From a virus, in IMG/VR virus record IMGVR_UViG_3300020442_000015, positions 1 to 64,000 of that record: a stretch of 64,000 bases of DNA, one strand, 5' to 3'. The notes beneath the pieces were generated by a model. That model was not told where the DNA came from and ran no database searches. It saw only the letters and a program-made list of their open reading frames with translations. Positions 49,302 to 59,192 of the stretch are shown here, in pieces (position 1 is the stretch's first letter; each line of letters starts with the position of its first letter). Both the position numbers and the translations under genes were made by a program.

Positions 49302-49811
49302 ATGGACACACGAGTCACTAACTGGATGGATCGTTCTTGTGGTAGATGGACTTCATATCGTAGGTATATCTACACCAAGTTCAACAAACAAATTAAGTAT
49401 GAAACAACATTGATTTGTGACAAGAGATCTGACAACAGTTGGGGTAGTCAATGGTGTTCAAAAGATGAGGAAGGCAACTACTTCAGTGAAGGAGATATGG
49501 AACTATTCATCACTCCTGACAATAAGTGTGAGCGTTCCAGAGGTTATATGTCAGAAGAACCAGACACAAGTGACATCTCAGTGATCGATGATGATTGCCT
49601 TGTCTGGGAAACTTCGTATAATGGTATGACATTCCGCGAGGAGATTCGTCTCTGCGAGAATGACACCGTTAGGTTGAGACAAACCTACGGCAAGAAGTTG
49701 TCCGATGGGACAGTTTTTCTTGTTGGACAGTATTACGAAAAACGTTCTGGGGGGAACGAAAATGTACCTGAAGTCACAGATTCTGTCAGAGAATCAGAAG
49801 TGCATACTTAG
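49302..49811 (+). CDS. CpcS/CpeS-type phycobiliprotein lyase
   Basis: G.W.S.R near the N-terminus, RSRGY, T.Y.G..FREEIRL, R.RQT, GQY.E.R. Confidence 0.75.
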   Translation: MDTRVTNWMDRSCGRWTSYRRYIYTKFNKQIKYETTLICDKRSDNSWGSQWCSKDEEGNYFSEGDMELFITPDNKCERSRGYMSEEPDTSDISVIDDDCLVWETSYNGMTFREEIRLCENDTVRLRQTYGKKLSDGTVFLVGQYYEKRSGGNENVPEVTDSVRESEVHT

Positions 49812-52190
49812 AAAAGCACTTATGTTATATCTGGCAAATACGCACCGCAAGCACCACAACAAACAGATCAGTGACACTCAATTAACTGTCACAGAGTGCA
49901 ACCTCGATGAGATTGCAGATCTGCTACACTTAAGGCACGTCCTTAAATGACGACGCCTCTCTTTCTATCGGAGTCCGTACCTTTGGAAGTAAGAAACATT
50001 CTCAAGGCACTTGAAGTGGGTATGCCTGCAAAATGGGGCACGATTCAAGGAGAGATCGAGTACATTGGGGACGAATATCTCACCATTTGTGTTGCTTCTA
50101 AGGAGCAATGTGATGAGCATTGTTTTCGCAAAGAAACCAAATGTTGTGTTATAGTATATCAAGCGGACTGGGATGATCTTGAGATTGATCCTGCTGTCTT
50201 TCAATATAAGAAAGCATACAGGGGAAAAACTAACGATCACCCAGGAAACGAGATGCTCCCACCTACCGATCAACGATGAGAAACTACGCAACCGAAATGT
50301 ACACATACAACGACAAGTTGTATAAACAGATCTGTCTTTATTATGAACAAATTCAACGTGACGTGGAAGAAGCAAAAGAAACGAGGAAGTTTCTCAACTC
50401 AGCAAGTTACGTTCCTAAGTCTGTCGGACGCGGTATGGTACAGCACTGAGTTGCAATTAGATCCCAAATGTACTAAGATTGAAGTAATTCCGATCTTTCA
50501 CGATGACTGACGCCGAATCTGCTAAGATGTGGGAGAACCGTTATTGGTCTCTACGTCGATGGATTGAAAAACAACGTCTTGACATTGATTCAATGTCTGA
50601 CGATGATGCCACAGTTGACCTATTCTGGGAAACCCTTGTAATTGACAATCAAAATGATCGGAAACCTTGAACCTGAAGAACACGTTATGAGCGACAAATG
50701 TTTCACTCAAGAGGATCTATGGCAGTTAATGCAAACTCTCGGATGGGATGTTCGCAATGATAACATTGCCCTCGAAGTTGGCGGAACCTCAGTCTATATG
50801 ATTGATGGCGATGGAACTAAATGGGCACCAGTGAAAGGAACGAGAAAGTATAATAAAGATGCTTTCATCGTTATCAAGAACAGGAGTCGTGATCCTGTTG
50901 TACCATCTATGCCAATTCCTATTCAACAAGATGAACAAACTGAACAAAAGGGAGACGATCGCACTACAGACAGCAATGCAACTGATGTCAAAGCGTGATC
51001 AACAACTGCAAGAGAATCTTCTAAATATCTCCTACAGTAACCTGTTCGATAAACTAGAAGATTATGTCAATGCCATTGAGGAAACTGGCGAAACTCACGC
51101 CAGTGTCTGATCGTGCTAAACTACAGTTTGCACAAATAATGAACAACAATCCGATGTGTACTATTGAAGAACGTAGATCTGACGGTCGTACGTTCTTCTC
51201 TAGTCATCAAGAACCAGAGTTCTGGATGTGGTCGGATGGAAGAGATGATCCGCACTGGACTTATGAGCAACTTGCCTGATTTCTTCAAACAAACATCAGA
51301 TGCACCTTATGATCGCCACTGGTATAAGATCTGGTGCACTGATAATAGTGTTAAGATCGTAGAATCTTACGAGGAAGTTCAAACCGCTTGGTGGAACTTC
51401 AAACAATTTATTTCACATATTGAGGTGATTGATGCCAAACGAAACAGAGGGTCAGGCAGGGGATTCGCTTAAGATTGATGTAACTGACGACGGTCAAGTT
51501 ACCATCGACTGGGATCCAAACGATCCACAATGGGGATGGTTGTCTGCACTAAATGATGAACAATTACAGGAATTTGTAAACAATGCCTTATCACAACTTG
51601 TCGAATCCAGCAGTGAAGATGAACGAGATGGAGCAGATGATCTATGAGGTAGAATCACTGAGAGTCAGAGTATCTGGATCCACTGAGTTTACCAAGTCAC
51701 AGATCAACAGAATGCAAGATTTGCTTGCTATTGTACACCGAGACCTTATTCGTTGGAATGGAGATGTGCAACAATCCACAGACGTGTCCAGCGTGGATAC
51801 AATCGAATCTGGAGATACTGTCGAAGGTGAAGATACCTTGCGACACTCCGATGCATATTATGATTACTTCAGAAACCGATAAGAAAGTACACCAAAGCAA
51901 CAAATAGTAGTTAAGTTTGGTATTGTACTATACATAATAGTAGAGTTTAGCGAGGTGAAACGATGTCCCCTAAGTTTAACTTTATTATGTGATTGTTCTT
52001 TATGGAGTTTATGATGCACAACATCATTTCCAAAGATCAAATGGCAGAATGGAGACACTTTGAACACACTGTTGATACTTGTACTGAAGAACTTGACAAT
52101 GTGAACGACTACTTCGATTGCCTAATTGATTGTTCGATTGAAACTAAATCGCACGGAGAATGCAGGAGGATATGTAGAGAAATGCTATGA
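49762..52190 (+). other. Cluster of about 11 small hypothetical genes (e.g. 49762-49950, 49947-50279, 50654-50998, 51064-51279, 51263-51472, 51432-51647, 51619-51882, 52011-52190)
   Basis: Tightly coupled short + strand ORFs without recognisable motifs. Confidence 0.6.
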
Positions 52191-52243
52191 CACTCACGGT
52201 ACTGTCCACCGCCCTTGCCCCAGGGCGGTTTTTTTTGTATAAT
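52188..52243 (+). promoter_or_regulatory. Early-type promoter motif copy A with embedded terminator hairpin
   Basis: TGACA-N10-TGTCCAC-N28-TATAAT; CCGCCCT/AGGGCGG plus T-tract inside the spacer. Confidence 0.7.
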
Positions 52244-52266
52244 TATGGGACAGACGACAAACAGAC

Positions 52267-53508
52267 TTGACAATCACCCTCAGACCCCACCAGCAACGCG
52301 CTCTCGATGCAATGAGCACTGCCGATAAGGGTCAGATCATTGTGCCTACTGGTGGCGGCAAAACATTCATTATGATTCAGGATTGCCTGCGTCAACTTAA
52401 CAACGGTCCTAAGACTATTGTTGTTGTTGCTCCTCGCATTCTTCTTGCTAATCAACTCTGTGATGAGTTTATGCAGCAAGTTTCTAATACTTGGACACAC
52501 GTTGCACACTGCCACAGTGGTGAAACTCACTACTTCAGCACTACTAAGTCTCATAAACTTGCTCTCTTCGCTAACACTGCAAGAGCAGCAAATGAGTCTG
52601 TAATTATCTTCACAACCTATCATTCTCTTGCTCGTGTTGTTGATTCTGGCATTGATATTGATTGTGCTTATTTCGACGAAGCACATAACAGTGTCAAGAG
52701 GTCTTTCTTTGTTCCTACTGTCGCTGTTAGTGATCTCGCTAAGCGCACCTATTTCTTTACTGCTACTCCTCGCATTGCTCGTCATCATCGCGGGATGAAC
52801 AATGTGGACGTTTATGGTCCTATCATCGAGAATGTTCCTGCTCCTGAGTTGTTGAACAACGGCAGCATTATTGCTCCCACGATTGTACCTTTTGAGGTTG
52901 ATCTTAATCGTGACAAGAAAACAGCACATCACGCTGATGCTACCACTGTGCAGGATGTGATTGACCAACTCGATGATAATCACGCCGCTAAGGTGCTTGT
53001 AGCGGTCCCCAGCAGTCGTGTTCTCGGTAATATTATTGCCAAGACAGATTTGCTGTTTCAACTCAAGCAGCGCGGTTACAACGTGCTTCACGTTACATCT
53101 AAGTTCGGTGCATATGTCAACGATAAGAAGGTAAACCGTGAGCAATTCTTCGACACGTTGACTGCTTGGGGCAAGGATAAGGAGAAGAAGTTTGTTATCT
53201 TCCACTACAGTATTCTGTCTGAAGGTATCAACGTGCCTGGTCTTACCCACACAATTCTTCTTCGCAACCTGCAAATCGTTGAGATGGCACAAACAATCGG
53301 TCGTGTGATTCGTCTCGATCGTGATGATGCTGCTGACATTGCTGCTGGTAACATCGTTGCAGGTAAATTCTCTCTCTATCGTAAACCCACGGGTTATGTT
53401 TCTGTCCCCGTGTACAAGAACTATGGCAAGCGTACGATTCAGCGTCTCCAAAATGTGTGTGATGCTATCTTCGTCAAGGGTATCCCCCCTGAGTCGTTTG
53501 TTGCATAA
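52267..53508 (+). CDS. Superfamily 2 (DExH, ResIII-like) helicase
   Basis: LRPHQ, PTGGGKT, DEAH, FTATP, ILSEGINVP, QTIGRVIR. Confidence 0.92.
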   Translation: MTITLRPHQQRALDAMSTADKGQIIVPTGGGKTFIMIQDCLRQLNNGPKTIVVVAPRILLANQLCDEFMQQVSNTWTHVAHCHSGETHYFSTTKSHKLALFANTARAANESVIIFTTYHSLARVVDSGIDIDCAYFDEAHNSVKRSFFVPTVAVSDLAKRTYFFTATPRIARHHRGMNNVDVYGPIIENVPAPELLNNGSIIAPTIVPFEVDLNRDKKTAHHADATTVQDVIDQLDDNHAAKVLVAVPSSRVLGNIIAKTDLLFQLKQRGYNVLHVTSKFGAYVNDKKVNREQFFDTLTAWGKDKEKKFVIFHYSILSEGINVPGLTHTILLRNLQIVEMAQTIGRVIRLDRDDAADIAAGNIVAGKFSLYRKPTGYVSVPVYKNYGKRTIQRLQNVCDAIFVKGIPPESFVA

Positions 53509-53540
53509 ATAAGACAGGACACTAACACTGAGAAAAGTAA

Positions 53541-53969
53541 ATGGCATCCGAAACTGTTAATGGGCAGGCAGATCTCCTGCTTGCAAAGTTAGGTGAGAAG
53601 GCAAAAGCATACCGTCTCGCTAACATCAACAAGAGACTGACTGAGAGTTCTGTTGGTGTTGGATCCGCAGGATTAGGCGCTGGAGGTAGTGCTGACCGCA
53701 TCCAACAAAAGAAAGACAAAGTAGAAGCAAATCACGCCTCTGTTACTTGGCAATTCACCAAGGAAGATGGGCAAAACGGTGATCTTATCATCAAAGCGAT
53801 TGCACCCGCTGATAGAGGTGGATACACTAAAGTTTGGGGATACGTTGATGGTGAGACTGGTAAAGTTCGCCCTGATTTGAATGCAGCATATGTGGATGCT
53901 AACAGCATTAGTGACACATATAGAGCAGCATTCTTTGATAAAATTACACATTTAGGCACACACTGGTAA
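53541..53969 (+). CDS. Hypothetical protein
   Basis: ATAAATA late promoter near 53505; good ORF. Confidence 0.65.
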   Translation: MASETVNGQADLLLAKLGEKAKAYRLANINKRLTESSVGVGSAGLGAGGSADRIQQKKDKVEANHASVTWQFTKEDGQNGDLIIKAIAPADRGGYTKVWGYVDGETGKVRPDLNAAYVDANSISDTYRAAFFDKITHLGTHW

Positions 53970-53977
53970 ACCCCTTG

Positions 53978-54034
53978 TGCCAATTAGATAAAGTGTCCAC
54001 TGAACCACCCCACGGGGTGGTTTTCGTGTATTCT
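53978..54034 (+). promoter_or_regulatory. Early-type promoter motif copy B with embedded hairpin
   Basis: TGCCA-N11-TGTCCAC-N28-TATTCT; AACCACCCC/GGGGTGGTT hairpin. Confidence 0.7.
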
Positions 54035-54057
54035 ATGAGAGTCAAAGGAACAGCACT

Positions 54058-54354
54058 ATGGAACTCGATCACATCTGCGTCTACTTCGGTAAGGGATCTG
54101 ATGGTGAAGAATGGTCCATCACTGCTCGTGGATTCTCTACACCACGACAGGCAGAAAAGCACGGTCTGTTTATGATGCCAGTGCCTGGATGTTTCGGGTT
54201 CGCTGTTATCACTCAAGGAGAATCTGAAAGCGGTCCCTGCTTCTGGCAAGTTCGTGAAGATCTGAGCATCCTCCCTAACGATCGTTCGATCACAATGGGA
54301 GACTACAATAATTTCAAGATCACCACTCTCGTCGGTAAACTTCAGTACGTTTGA
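54058..54354 (+). CDS. Hypothetical early protein
   Basis: Downstream of promoter B; AAAGGA RBS. Confidence 0.65.
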   Translation: MELDHICVYFGKGSDGEEWSITARGFSTPRQAEKHGLFMMPVPGCFGFAVITQGESESGPCFWQVREDLSILPNDRSITMGDYNNFKITTLVGKLQYV

Positions 54355-54560
54355 TGACAATGACCACTGCAACTTTCCCCATCCTGAGTAAAATGATCCA
54401 CTCCAAAAGAATGATCCTCGACGTGATCGCAGAGAACCCACAAACTCACACATTGGACCGTACTCAAAAGTTTATGGTCTTCTGCAACGTTTGTGATAAT
54501 TTGTTGGATGAAGGTAGGATAACAAAAGCAAACCATAAAAGGTGGACCGAGATCGTGTGA
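54354..54560 (+). CDS. Hypothetical early protein
   Basis: F..VCDNLL.EGRIT motif. Confidence 0.6.
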   Translation: MTMTTATFPILSKMIHSKRMILDVIAENPQTHTLDRTQKFMVFCNVCDNLLDEGRITKANHKRWTEIV

Positions 54561-54613
54561 CAGTCGGCAAGGTGCCCACTATTGCCCCACAGCACCCCAA
54601 AATCGTGTATATT
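54558..54613 (+). promoter_or_regulatory. Early-type promoter motif copy C
   Basis: TGACA-N10-TGCCCAC-N28-TATATT. Confidence 0.7.
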
Positions 54614-54642
54614 AAGAGAGTCAAAGGAACGCACTGAACCAA

Positions 54643-54909
54643 ATGCAAGTCACCAACAACAACTGCATCGTTGATTATTTCCCCGAGGCATTTGTTGCTG
54701 AGGCAGATCCTATCAAAGGGATGCGAGTTACAATCAAACGTTTTGTCCGTCGTGTCACTTTCCGTGCTAATGGTATGAAATCATACAGCACGATTCTTCA
54801 CATCGAAGCGAAGCACGATTGGCAGTCTCGTATTGCTAACGGTGCTGAGGTTACTGGTTACAACACCGACAAATTGCCTTCCTCTGAGTATATGCCACTG
54901 TACTGCTGA
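54643..54909 (+). CDS. Hypothetical early protein
   Basis: Downstream of promoter C. Confidence 0.65.
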   Translation: MQVTNNNCIVDYFPEAFVAEADPIKGMRVTIKRFVRRVTFRANGMKSYSTILHIEAKHDWQSRIANGAEVTGYNTDKLPSSEYMPLYC

Positions 54910-54954
54910 TTATGTCAATCCTCTTTTATTCTGTCCTCTTCATTATTACTCACC

Positions 54955-55152
54955 GTGACTTCTAAATTCTACACAAAAGCGCAAGTTCTTCAACAATTCC
55001 GCTACAACTGGAAAGTTGCTTGTATGTCATCACCACGTTTGCGCGGAGATGTTATCGCAAAGCGCGAATCGTGGAGCAACTTTACTGATATGCTCTGCAA
55101 ATGCAATGAAATTAGTATGAATCAGTACGAAAGTTGGACCAACCCGTTCTGA
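54955..55152 (+). CDS. Hypothetical early protein
   Basis: W..FTD.LCK..EI...QY..W.NPF. Confidence 0.65.
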   Translation: MTSKFYTKAQVLQQFRYNWKVACMSSPRLRGDVIAKRESWSNFTDMLCKCNEISMNQYESWTNPF

Positions 55153-55154
55153 TA

Positions 55155-55210
55155 TGACAATCGCAGAGGTGTCCACTATCTTCACACAGGGCACCAATCT
55201 GCGTTAATAT
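55155..55210 (+). promoter_or_regulatory. Early-type promoter motif copy D
   Basis: TGACA-N10-TGTCCAC-N28-TAATAT. Confidence 0.7.
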
Positions 55211-55231
55211 ACATACATCGACAAAAGACCA

Positions 55232-55735
55232 ATGACTGTGACTCTCACTCCCGAACAACGTTATCAACAACTGTTTGAGCAGATGTATGAACTCTGCGAC
55301 CAACAGTCTTGGGGAGATCCTTTCTCTTACGCTCGTTCTCGTGAGATTCACTTAGCAGGCGTCTTGGGTCACACTATTGCTGACGATTATAGTGGTGCTG
55401 ATGCATACGATGAGGATGGTCCTTGTGAGTATAAATCAACAATCGGTAAAAATCTCACCGCTACATATAACGGTATCTCCGTTCAACCAACTTGGAAAGA
55501 TCAAGTCAATTATCTTATCAATGACAAGATCGGTAAGTATAAGAACCACTATTTCGCACGTTATCACCTTGGCAAGATCGTTGAGGTTTACAAACTTTCT
55601 GCCGATGATGTGCTTGCTATTCTTATACCTAACCTCAAGCGTCAGTACGAGAATCCCAGCAACCGCAAAGATCCTCGTCTCGGATATACTATCTCCAACA
55701 GGTATATCAAAGCAAATGGAACACGAATCGTCTGA
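55232..55735 (+). CDS. PvuII-like type II restriction endonuclease (PD-(D/E)XK)
   Basis: GADAYD..G..EYKS core; KIGKY...FARY..G.I.EVY.L and YI...GTRI segments align by eye with R.PvuII over the full length. Confidence 0.65.
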   Translation: MTVTLTPEQRYQQLFEQMYELCDQQSWGDPFSYARSREIHLAGVLGHTIADDYSGADAYDEDGPCEYKSTIGKNLTATYNGISVQPTWKDQVNYLINDKIGKYKNHYFARYHLGKIVEVYKLSADDVLAILIPNLKRQYENPSNRKDPRLGYTISNRYIKANGTRIV

Positions 55736-57308
55736 AGATTTCACCATCTCTTCAATCACTGAAACCAACGATTACACTGAAACAATGCAACAATCCATTG
55801 ATCTCCTCGGTGAACACTATATGGAGCAGATTTCACGACACGTTGAGAACAACGACCGCGACAGTGCTGATGCCATCTTCAAAGAATTTGTTGTCGATGG
55901 TATAGATCCAGAGGACGGATCTTACGAGTGGTTGTTTCTTGATGAAATCACAGTCTCCTGAGCAAACTTTCATTATTCTGACCAATGAACATCCAACTGA
56001 CTAACATCCAACGCGACGAGTTGATTGTCAACGCGGTTGACCAAATTGTGGAGGATATGGACATTGACGCTCTTCAACAGTTTGTGAAAGAAACTCTCGC
56101 GGAGGGTTATAGTCAATGCGGTGATCTTGAGTTGCTTGATACTGTGCTCCTAAATGTGTGTCACGACAATGTAGACGAGTTTGAAGAATTGACTGAAGAT
56201 GTACTCACTGAAGAACAACTCAATGTTTACATCGACGACAATAATCAAGGCGTCTGGGTTGACACTAAAGAAGAACCAAGCGAGGCAACGGGATGGCAGT
56301 GACACTTTGAGAATTGGTTTTCCCGTTTTGTATCACCACGAACTACCGCGCCCCAGGATCTGTGCAATCATACTGGTATGAACAAAACAAACAACGTGCT
56401 TCTCTTCTCTGACTCCAACCTGACTGAACTTCAGGATTTTATGTTTGACACGATGCTCCCTGCTGATGATTGTGTTGATTGGTTCTGCGATCGTTTCGAT
56501 GTTAGTGCAACCGATGACGTGATTGATTTCGTTGTTGATGCTCACTTTGCTTTCCACGGAGAATAATTATGAACGACATTTTTTCTGACATTCAAGACCA
56601 ACTAAATTCACTCTCAATCTACAAAAGACCAAATTATGATGTTCACAACTCCCAACGGAAAGCAACACTACTTCCCCGACCAACTTACCCCGTCCGAAGC
56701 AACAAAGCGGATGCAACGTGAAGAGCGTTGGTGTCAAGAACACCGCGACGAATTAGAGCGTGATTCTCAAGAACTTTTCGATCAAATGTTTGGAGGTTGA
56801 TGACAATGAGCGACAACATCAAGGACGTAACGAATTCACCTAAAGACTGGGAGGATTTTTGGCATTCACCTGAAAAATATGGGTCTTGGGATTACCTAGA
56901 CTCAGAATCTGAGGGTCTCGATGTTCCTAACCCTCACAACATTGATTCTGCTTATGTGCAAGACATTATTGCAGGTAAGGAAGTATTTCGACGCAAACAA
57001 TCGCCCCTCAATGATTGATGTTTTATTGCACCGCATTTGGTAATGTTCCCGAAGCAAAGTACCCAGCAACTGTATGGAATCACCGCAGCGAACATAACAC
57101 CAAAGAGGAGGCAATTCGCTCAGGTGACTTATCAATGGTTGAACCAACAACGATCGGATATGTTATCACTGAGGTCGATGATGTGCGTGGAGTTTGGATC
57201 ATTGTAGATGAGAAGAATGCAGGAGGGATGCAATACCAATGGGTTGAAGATGGCAAGATTCAGATCACTAAATCTACAGCATATCCGCTCCATTACTATC
57301 AAGAATAA
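55716..57308 (+). other. Cluster of small acidic hypothetical early genes (55716-55961, 55985-56302, 56378-56566, 56800-57018, 57018-57308)
   Basis: Short + strand ORFs. Confidence 0.55.
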
Positions 57309-57364
57309 ACCAGTTGACGAAGTGGCACAATACGATGGCACAGCGTCCTAAAATCGTGTATATT
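57308..57364 (+). promoter_or_regulatory. Early-type promoter motif copy E
   Basis: AACCA-N10-TGGCACA-N29-TATATT; shares AATCGTGTATATTAA.AGAGTCAAAG with copy C. Confidence 0.65.
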
Positions 57365-57390
57365 AAAAGAGTCAAAGAAATCACACCAAA

Positions 57391-57714
57391 ATGCGTAAGA
57401 TCGAAACCCAAATGAATGCCGCTCTCGCTAACAGCAAGAACTGGACATCTGGCAACACTTCTGTTCACTACAACGAAGAAAACAACACCTCTGTTGTTCG
57501 TCTTCACGGTAACAAAATTGCTGTCTTGGGTGATGACTTCCTTGAGATCTTTGATGGCGGTTGGCAAACAACAACCACCAAATCTCGTCTCAATGCTATC
57601 ATCAACTGCTTCTGCAATGGCGTGACTGATGGTGTTTTTCAAAAGAACTATGAGTGGTTCGTTCGTGACAACAATGTCGTGAAAGAATTCACCAACGGTT
57701 ACATCTTTGCCTGA
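57391..57714 (+). CDS. Conserved hypothetical early protein
   Basis: MRKIE.QM, LHGNKIA, GGWQTTTTKSRLNA. Confidence 0.75.
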   Translation: MRKIETQMNAALANSKNWTSGNTSVHYNEENNTSVVRLHGNKIAVLGDDFLEIFDGGWQTTTTKSRLNAIINCFCNGVTDGVFQKNYEWFVRDNNVVKEFTNGYIFA

Positions 57715-57795
57715 TTTCTTCAGAGGGTTTATATAATTGTATCTCCATCCGCGAGATCTCCCCTCTCTCTTTTTTTCCTCATCTCACTATCACAA

Positions 57796-57927
57796 ATGCG
57801 CCTCGCACTTACTGCCATTGTTGTTCTCCTCGGTGCTAATCTTGTTGTCGATTTACTTGACAGCAATCTGTCTGACGTTATCAACAATCGCCGTGAAACT
57901 ATTGAGCGCCAGATCAATCAATTATGA
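57796..57927 (+). CDS. Small membrane/secreted protein (43 aa, not in track)
   Basis: MRLALTAIVVLLGANLVV... Confidence 0.5.
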   Translation: MRLALTAIVVLLGANLVVDLLDSNLSDVINNRRETIERQINQL

Positions 57928-57983
57928 TTGACAATTAACTCTAAATAAGTTACACTTAGGGGATCAAATTGATCTCCTTTTTT
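57928..57983 (+). promoter_or_regulatory. sigma70 promoter with nested late promoter, followed by a terminator-like hairpin
   Basis: TTGACA-N17-TACACT with CTAAATA in the spacer; GGGGATCA/TGATCTCC plus T-tract. Confidence 0.6.
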
Positions 57984-58003
57984 ATTGTCGTTATTGCTCC
58001 ATT

Positions 58004-58648
58004 ATGCCTAACTTATCGGACAATTTTGAGTCGATTGCAACAACTAACGTCTACGGCGTGTTTCTGACACCTATTGGCGTATATCGCAACCCAGACCATA
58101 AAGAACATAAGCAACTAATTCTTGACTATATTCGGTCAATGAATCCCGAAGATGTGAACGTCTCGCCCCGTTCTGATATTAACACTGGTATCAAGCAATT
58201 AGGCGGGATGAATATACTTTCGACCCCAGAGTTAGCACCAATCAGAGAGACCATCTCTAAGGCGGTTCTAGAGGTCAATGACGGAGGATTAGCATATGAT
58301 ATGCAACAACCAGTCTTCACAGATTCTGTTCTTGAGTTAGCAGATAAGGGATCATTCTACGCGCCCCACGAGTATTCCAATACTGTCTATAGTGGCGTCT
58401 ATTATGTTAATTTCGATCACGATCAACATAGTCAACTAAAGTGGAAAAGATGCATCGGTTCGCCTTTCTATCCGATCGTACAAATGCCACAAACTAAGAT
58501 CACTGCTTTCAATCAATTAGATACACAAATCCCCACAGAAGAAGGAGACATTGTTATCTTCCCCTCTAATCTTTCCCACGGGTATGAATCAAACACTCAC
58601 GGGAATAGAATTACTTTGTCCTTTAATGTTGCCCCTTGGTCAGAATGA
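58004..58648 (+). CDS. 2OG-Fe(II) oxygenase (TIGR02466-like, possibly altered metal motif)
   Basis: HEY..TVYSGVYY, IFPSNLSH, RITLSFN. Confidence 0.8.
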   Translation: MPNLSDNFESIATTNVYGVFLTPIGVYRNPDHKEHKQLILDYIRSMNPEDVNVSPRSDINTGIKQLGGMNILSTPELAPIRETISKAVLEVNDGGLAYDMQQPVFTDSVLELADKGSFYAPHEYSNTVYSGVYYVNFDHDQHSQLKWKRCIGSPFYPIVQMPQTKITAFNQLDTQIPTEEGDIVIFPSNLSHGYESNTHGNRITLSFNVAPWSE

Positions 58649-58980
58649 ATCCTTTTACTAAAATCAACGAAAATACCTACCAAGATATGGCAGGAGTGTT
58701 ATACAAACCTATCCCACAATACGAAGATTATTTTGTATCAAGTGATGGAGAGATCTATTCAACTAAGTGGGGTAAATGGAAACGCCTTAAAGTTCATCTA
58801 AATGAAAACGGTTATAGAAGAGTAACCCTCAGACAAGAGGGGCGGACAGTAGTAAGAAGATGCGCCAGATTGACCGCTCTTGCTTTTCATCCTGCGGACT
58901 CTAATCATACCAACGTTTTTCACATCGACGGAGACAAAGTGAACGACCATTATACTAACTTAAGATGGGGACAAGAGTAA
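58645..58980 (+). CDS. NUMOD4-HNH endonuclease-like protein (short)
   Basis: YFVSSDGEIYS; HIDGDKVNDHYTNLRW. Confidence 0.8.
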   Translation: MNPFTKINENTYQDMAGVLYKPIPQYEDYFVSSDGEIYSTKWGKWKRLKVHLNENGYRRVTLRQEGRTVVRRCARLTALAFHPADSNHTNVFHIDGDKVNDHYTNLRWGQE

Positions 58981-58983
58981 TAG

Positions 58984-59028
58984 TTTTCCACAATGTTTTC
59001 CACAAAAGGTATCAATCTCTGTGGAAAA
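58984..59028. repeat. Three TTTTCCACA boxes (cyanobacterial DnaA-box consensus)
   Basis: + strand 58984-58992 and 58996-59004; - strand 59020-59028. Confidence 0.75.
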
Positions 59029-59099
59029 TAAATGGTTAAATAAATATACTCTCGAATTTTATCTTTCGCCTTAAATGTACGGAACTGATGTGACCTTAG

Positions 59100-59128
59100 A
59101 CTCTACTCTATCGCGAGACAGTTGTCAA
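59100..59128 (-). promoter_or_regulatory. Leftward sigma70-like promoter with no downstream gene
   Basis: Minus strand TTGACA-N17-TAGAGT. Confidence 0.5.
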
Positions 59129-59163
59129 CACTCAGAGGACGGAAGAGAAATTGACACAAACCA

Positions 59164-59192
59164 TTGACATTTTCGGAGGTTTTCCTTATAGT
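59164..59192 (+). promoter_or_regulatory. sigma70 promoter
   Basis: TTGACA-N17-TATAGT. Confidence 0.75.

Noticed and set aside
52243-53547. 434-aa minus-strand ORF
   Set aside because: Antisense shadow of the SF2 helicase; no motifs or promoter
55377-55715. Long N-terminal part of track ORF 55377-55961
   Set aside because: Overlaps the endonuclease in another frame; the real gene probably starts at 55716 or later
52188-57390. Repeated motif as a CRISPR array or att sites
   Set aside because: Copies are degenerate, separated by whole genes and tied to -10 boxes
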